Shown here piece by piece: positions 60,865 through 64,000 of a DNA stretch of 64,000 nucleotides (the stretch's first letter is position 1; each line of letters begins with the position of its first letter). Source of the DNA: an uncultured delta proteobacterium (GTDB lineage: Bacteria; Desulfobacterota; Syntrophobacteria; BM002). The DNA is taken from NCBI GenBank assembly GCA_963712115.1, contig CAVQGX010000021.1, positions 32,001-96,000 on the forward strand, in the 5' to 3' direction. The notes under the pieces were generated by a model. It was not told where the DNA came from. It saw only the letters and a list, made by a program, of their open reading frames with translations, and ran no database searches. A program made the translations under genes and the position numbers.

Positions 60865-60920
60865 GGCGGTCTCCCCTGTCTTTCAACCATTAACCCAAGA
60901 AACTGCATAACCTCTTCTGA

Positions 60921-61514
60921 TTATCTAATTTTAGCTTTCATCTGAGGGGTCTGATCGCCGGCGAGCCGACTTTCTCTTGTCTGCTTATAGCGAATCAGGC
61001 TTGAGCCAAGCAATACTATTGTCAATGGCAGCCATATCCAGAAAAGCTCGCTTTTTAAAGTCCTAAGTCCCCATTTACTAAGAAACCCCGCAAGACCAAT
61101 GGGAGAAACCAGAATGGGTCTCCAGGGAAAAAAGTATCTTGTGGCATCAAAGGGAGATAGTAGGGCAATACCCAAGCCACCGTTGGTGAAACCGTCAAGA
61201 ATTCCATGACTTGCTGATAGGAGTGAGAAATAAATGAGGTAAAACCACCACCCTTTCGAGAATGTCTTCTCAGTACGAAAAAAAACGCTCACTAGAAGCA
61301 CCCCTAACAATAGACCGAAAAAGGGCGAGTGGAAAAACCCTCTGTGTCCAAAAAAATTGCCGTAGGGAATACCAAGGGAAAAGGCGAGGACGTCTGCATC
61401 GGGAATGACTGAGCAGAAGATTGATAACAACCAGAAGCGCTTGGGCACCTCTTCTGGTCCAAAAACTTTTGCTGAAGCAGCTGCCACAGCAGAATGAGTG
61501 ATAACCGTGGGCAG
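60921..61514 (-). CDS. Inner-membrane metal-dependent hydrolase, YdjM/YbcI family (probable CTG start)
   Basis: PTVITH, PDAD, GHRGFFHS, SHGILD, RYFFPW. Confidence 0.88.
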   Translation of the reverse strand: MPTVITHSAVAAASAKVFGPEEVPKRFWLLSIFCSVIPDADVLAFSLGIPYGNFFGHRGFFHSPFFGLLLGVLLVSVFFRTEKTFSKGWWFYLIYFSLLSASHGILDGFTNGGLGIALLSPFDATRYFFPWRPILVSPIGLAGFLSKWGLRTLKSELFWIWLPLTIVLLGSSLIRYKQTRESRLAGDQTPQMKAKIR

Positions 61515-61607
61515 GGTTTTTCCCTCTTTATTTGATAACGATCTCCACGGACGAAGTCCGGCCAAAGTCTGTCTGTTCAGATACTTTCGTCACTAGGATC
61601 TTTTCTT

Positions 61608-62552
61608 TCAGCTGTTCAAAATCTTAGACATCAAATCCCCATCAATATTACCTCCACTGATAATGACACCCACTCTGCCTGCGGTAGATACCTGGCTACT
61701 AAGTAGTGCCGCTACCCCCAGTGCACCCGAGGGCTCCACCACCATTTTCATGCGATAAAATAGGAATTGGACAGCTTCGACGATGGCGGTTTCGGTGACG
61801 GTTCTCATATCTTCAACGTATTCCAAGATTAATGGAAAAGTAAGCTTGCCCAGAGAAGGAGTGCGGGTTCCATCAGCAATGGTAGGGGGGTTCTTGACTG
61901 TCTGCAGTGTCTTGGTGTGAAATGATCTGGTGGCATCATCTGCTAGTTCGGGTTCTATCCCAATAACCCGGCAGGTCGGTTCGATGGATTTTGCGGCGAT
62001 AGCTGAACCACTCAGCAAACCACCTCCCCCACAAGGTACCAGCAGCATATCTAAGTTTTTGACTTCCTCGAACAATTCCAATGCTGCCGTTCCCTGTCCG
62101 GCGACAACCTCAAGGTGATCGAATGGAGGTATGATGGTATAGCCATGCTCGGCTTTAAGAATGTTTGCTATCTCTTCACGAGTGGTTTTCTCGGGATCAT
62201 AGTCAATAACTGTTGCACCATACGCCTCAGTGGCGGCGCGCTTGACCATGGGCGCATTGTCGGGCATGACCACCGTGGTCCGTACTCTCAGCAAGCGACC
62301 CACCAGGGCTACTGCCTGTGCATGGTTTCCGGAGGAGTAGGTGATGATACCGCGATCCTTTTGTTCGTCAGTAAGTTGAGATATGGTATTAAAGGCTCCA
62401 CGAAACTTGAATGCGCCGACCCTCTGAAAATTTTCACACTTCAAAAAAACTTCCGCTCCCACCGATTCGTTGAGAGTTCGGGAAGTCATAACAGGGGTGA
62501 CATTGGCGTAGCCTCGCAATCTTTCTCTGGCTTTTTTGATGCGCTCAAACAT
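61608..62552 (-). CDS. PLP-dependent serine/threonine dehydratase family (threo-3-hydroxyaspartate ammonia-lyase / serine racemase-like)
   Basis: KCENFQRVGAFKFRGA, SSGNHAQA, PCGGGGLLSG, ISGGN; no ACT domain. Confidence 0.9.
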   Translation of the reverse strand: MFERIKKARERLRGYANVTPVMTSRTLNESVGAEVFLKCENFQRVGAFKFRGAFNTISQLTDEQKDRGIITYSSGNHAQAVALVGRLLRVRTTVVMPDNAPMVKRAATEAYGATVIDYDPEKTTREEIANILKAEHGYTIIPPFDHLEVVAGQGTAALELFEEVKNLDMLLVPCGGGGLLSGSAIAAKSIEPTCRVIGIEPELADDATRSFHTKTLQTVKNPPTIADGTRTPSLGKLTFPLILEYVEDMRTVTETAIVEAVQFLFYRMKMVVEPSGALGVAALLSSQVSTAGRVGVIISGGNIDGDLMSKILNS

Positions 62553-62625
62553 TCCTGCCCCACTCGAAAGGTACAGTTTGTCTATTCATTTTTTATAATT
62601 AACGGTTAATCGGAAAATTTCGCCT

Positions 62626-63099
62626 CTATTCCTTGAGGGCATATTCAGGCTGCAATACTTTAAACATTCTGATTAAGGTTACCTCGCGGCTATATTCTCG
62701 AAAGCCGCATTTGGAATAGCACTTTCTGGCTCTAGGGTTATAGGTTCTTGTGACCAAAACCAGTTTCTTGGCAGACAATTGCTCCTTGGCGTATTGTTCC
62801 AAGAGACTCACCATCTTTTCGCCTAATCCTCTTGAACGCATCTGAGGCAGGAGGTACAGGTAGTTTAGAGAATAAACCCCTGGTTCTTCCGTTTTGCGAA
62901 GGGCAGCATGACCAATAAGTTCACTCCCTTGGTAAACCAAGAAAGGTTTATTCCCTTCTTCAGGGTCAAGCACCTTTTGCCACTGCAAATGATCAAAGGG
63001 CCACTTGGCTTTCGGCCACACCAAGTGCAGGTCATGGCAGTCGGTTATCAGATCAGCAATTATACTGGTATCCAGCGGGATGTTCTCGACTAACCTCAT
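62626..63099 (-). CDS. GNAT family N-acetyltransferase
   Basis: LYLLPQMRSRGLG, N..A..CYSKCGF. Confidence 0.85.
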   Translation of the reverse strand: MRLVENIPLDTSIIADLITDCHDLHLVWPKAKWPFDHLQWQKVLDPEEGNKPFLVYQGSELIGHAALRKTEEPGVYSLNYLYLLPQMRSRGLGEKMVSLLEQYAKEQLSAKKLVLVTRTYNPRARKCYSKCGFREYSREVTLIRMFKVLQPEYALKE

Positions 63100-63110
63100 A
63101 TTTTCCCAGC

Positions 63111-63575
63111 CTAAAGGGTTAATTCCATGAAGGATGCACCCTCCACCGGGTTGAATCTGTAAGGCTCTATCTCCCTGAATCCGAGGGAGCCATAGAGACC
63201 TTTTGCCTCTTCCATTGAGGGAAGAGTGTCCAAGCGCATTCGTTCATAGCCGAGGCGGCGAGCCCAGCCGATTACCTCTTCACACAGTGCCCTGCCGATG
63301 CCTAAACCTCTGAATTGAGGCTTGGTATACAACCTTTTCATCTCGCAGATACCAGGACTAAACTTCCTGAGAGCCACGCAACCAGCCACTTGCCCTTTCC
63401 ATAGGGCAAGGAGAAGGCAGCCGTCAGGTGAACCATATTCGCCTGGAAGTTCAGCCAGTTCCTCGTCGAAACCTTGAAAATCCAGATCTATTCCCAAAGA
63501 GTCGGCGTATTCCTCAAAGAGGTTCCGGACTTCAAAGAGATCTCCCTTTGTTCTTATTTCTAGGATCCGAAGCAC
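63111..63575 (-). CDS. GNAT family N-acetyltransferase (YsnE-like)
   Basis: [36 protein letters not shown]. Confidence 0.9.
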   Translation of the reverse strand: MLRILEIRTKGDLFEVRNLFEEYADSLGIDLDFQGFDEELAELPGEYGSPDGCLLLALWKGQVAGCVALRKFSPGICEMKRLYTKPQFRGLGIGRALCEEVIGWARRLGYERMRLDTLPSMEEAKGLYGSLGFREIEPYRFNPVEGASFMELTL

Positions 63576-63685
63576 ATTGCTCCTCGACTAAGAGGTGTCA
63601 GTAGCACATTCATATTCGATGGGGAATAAGACTACTGATAGGCATAACCTTTTTTCAAAATGCCATTATTGAAGCAGGTAATAAC

Positions 63686-64000
63686 TCAAGCTATGCGAAG
63701 TCGCCAGCCGAAAGGATCTTCCCTACGGCCATACTGGATGCCGGTAATTTCGTCGTAGAGTTTTTTGGACAGTTCTCCTGTGCGACCGTCTGCTACCTGG
63801 AAATCCTCTCCTTTGAAGCAGATTATACCTACGGGAGAAATCACTGCAGCTGTACCGGAGGCAAACATTTCCATCAAGGACCCACTCCTGCAACCCTCAA
63901 CGACCTCTTCAATAGAGATTGGACGTTCTACAGCATTCATTCCCCAGTGGCTGGCGAGCTGAAGCACTGAGTCTCTGGTGACACCTGGTAGGATAGTGCC
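63686..64000 (-). CDS. ilvE: Branched-chain amino acid aminotransferase, C-terminal part (truncated by the window)
   Basis: ILPGVTRDSVLQLA, EMFASGTAAVISPVG, LYDEITGIQYG..DPFGW. Confidence 0.9.
   Translation of the reverse strand, partial: GTILPGVTRDSVLQLASHWGMNAVERPISIEEVVEGCRSGSLMEMFASGTAAVISPVGIICFKGEDFQVADGRTGELSKKLYDEITGIQYGRREDPFGWRLRIA

Noticed and set aside
473-63962. Numerous antisense or overlapping ORFs of 60-165 aa in the six-frame track
   Set aside because: They are shadows of well-supported genes or of repeat tracts and have no recognisable motifs

Overview
Chromosomal window from an anaerobic bacterium, inferred to be Desulfobacterota-like from gene content (DVU0298-like HEAT protein, DUF3842, DUF4390, FTR-like protein, LbtU-like porin). 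It is probably origin-proximal because parA/parB and two parS sites are present. In order it holds: an oxidative-stress/redox cluster (1-8.1 kb); a probable amino-acid (lysine/aminoadipate) catabolic cluster (8.2-15 kb); a partly decayed outer-membrane/secreted-protein island with repeated response-regulator boxes beside a CusRS/CzcRS-like two-component system (15.3-23.2 kb); hup, pntAB, nfo and thiE; NAD-salvage genes; a DUF89-like fusion protein; dapL, parAB, plsY, birA, dksA and moaC; a short DnaJ paralog, dsbD, a cereblon-like gene and comM; and assorted metabolic genes. No CRISPR array, rRNA, tRNA, transposase or prophage was recognised. The least explained features are: (i) two related, strongly base-paired non-coding elements (about 37.0-37.3 kb and 49.86-49.96 kb) with different closing stems but a shared core; (ii) a DUF89-like protein fused to a predicted nucleoside-deoxyribosyltransferase-like domain, divergent from NAD-salvage genes; (iii) many intergenic 7-nt-period inverted repeat arrays, plus MITE/REP-like elements. 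Several single-base frameshifts in otherwise intact genes suggest assembly indel errors. All product calls come from motif recognition by eye; no searches were run.
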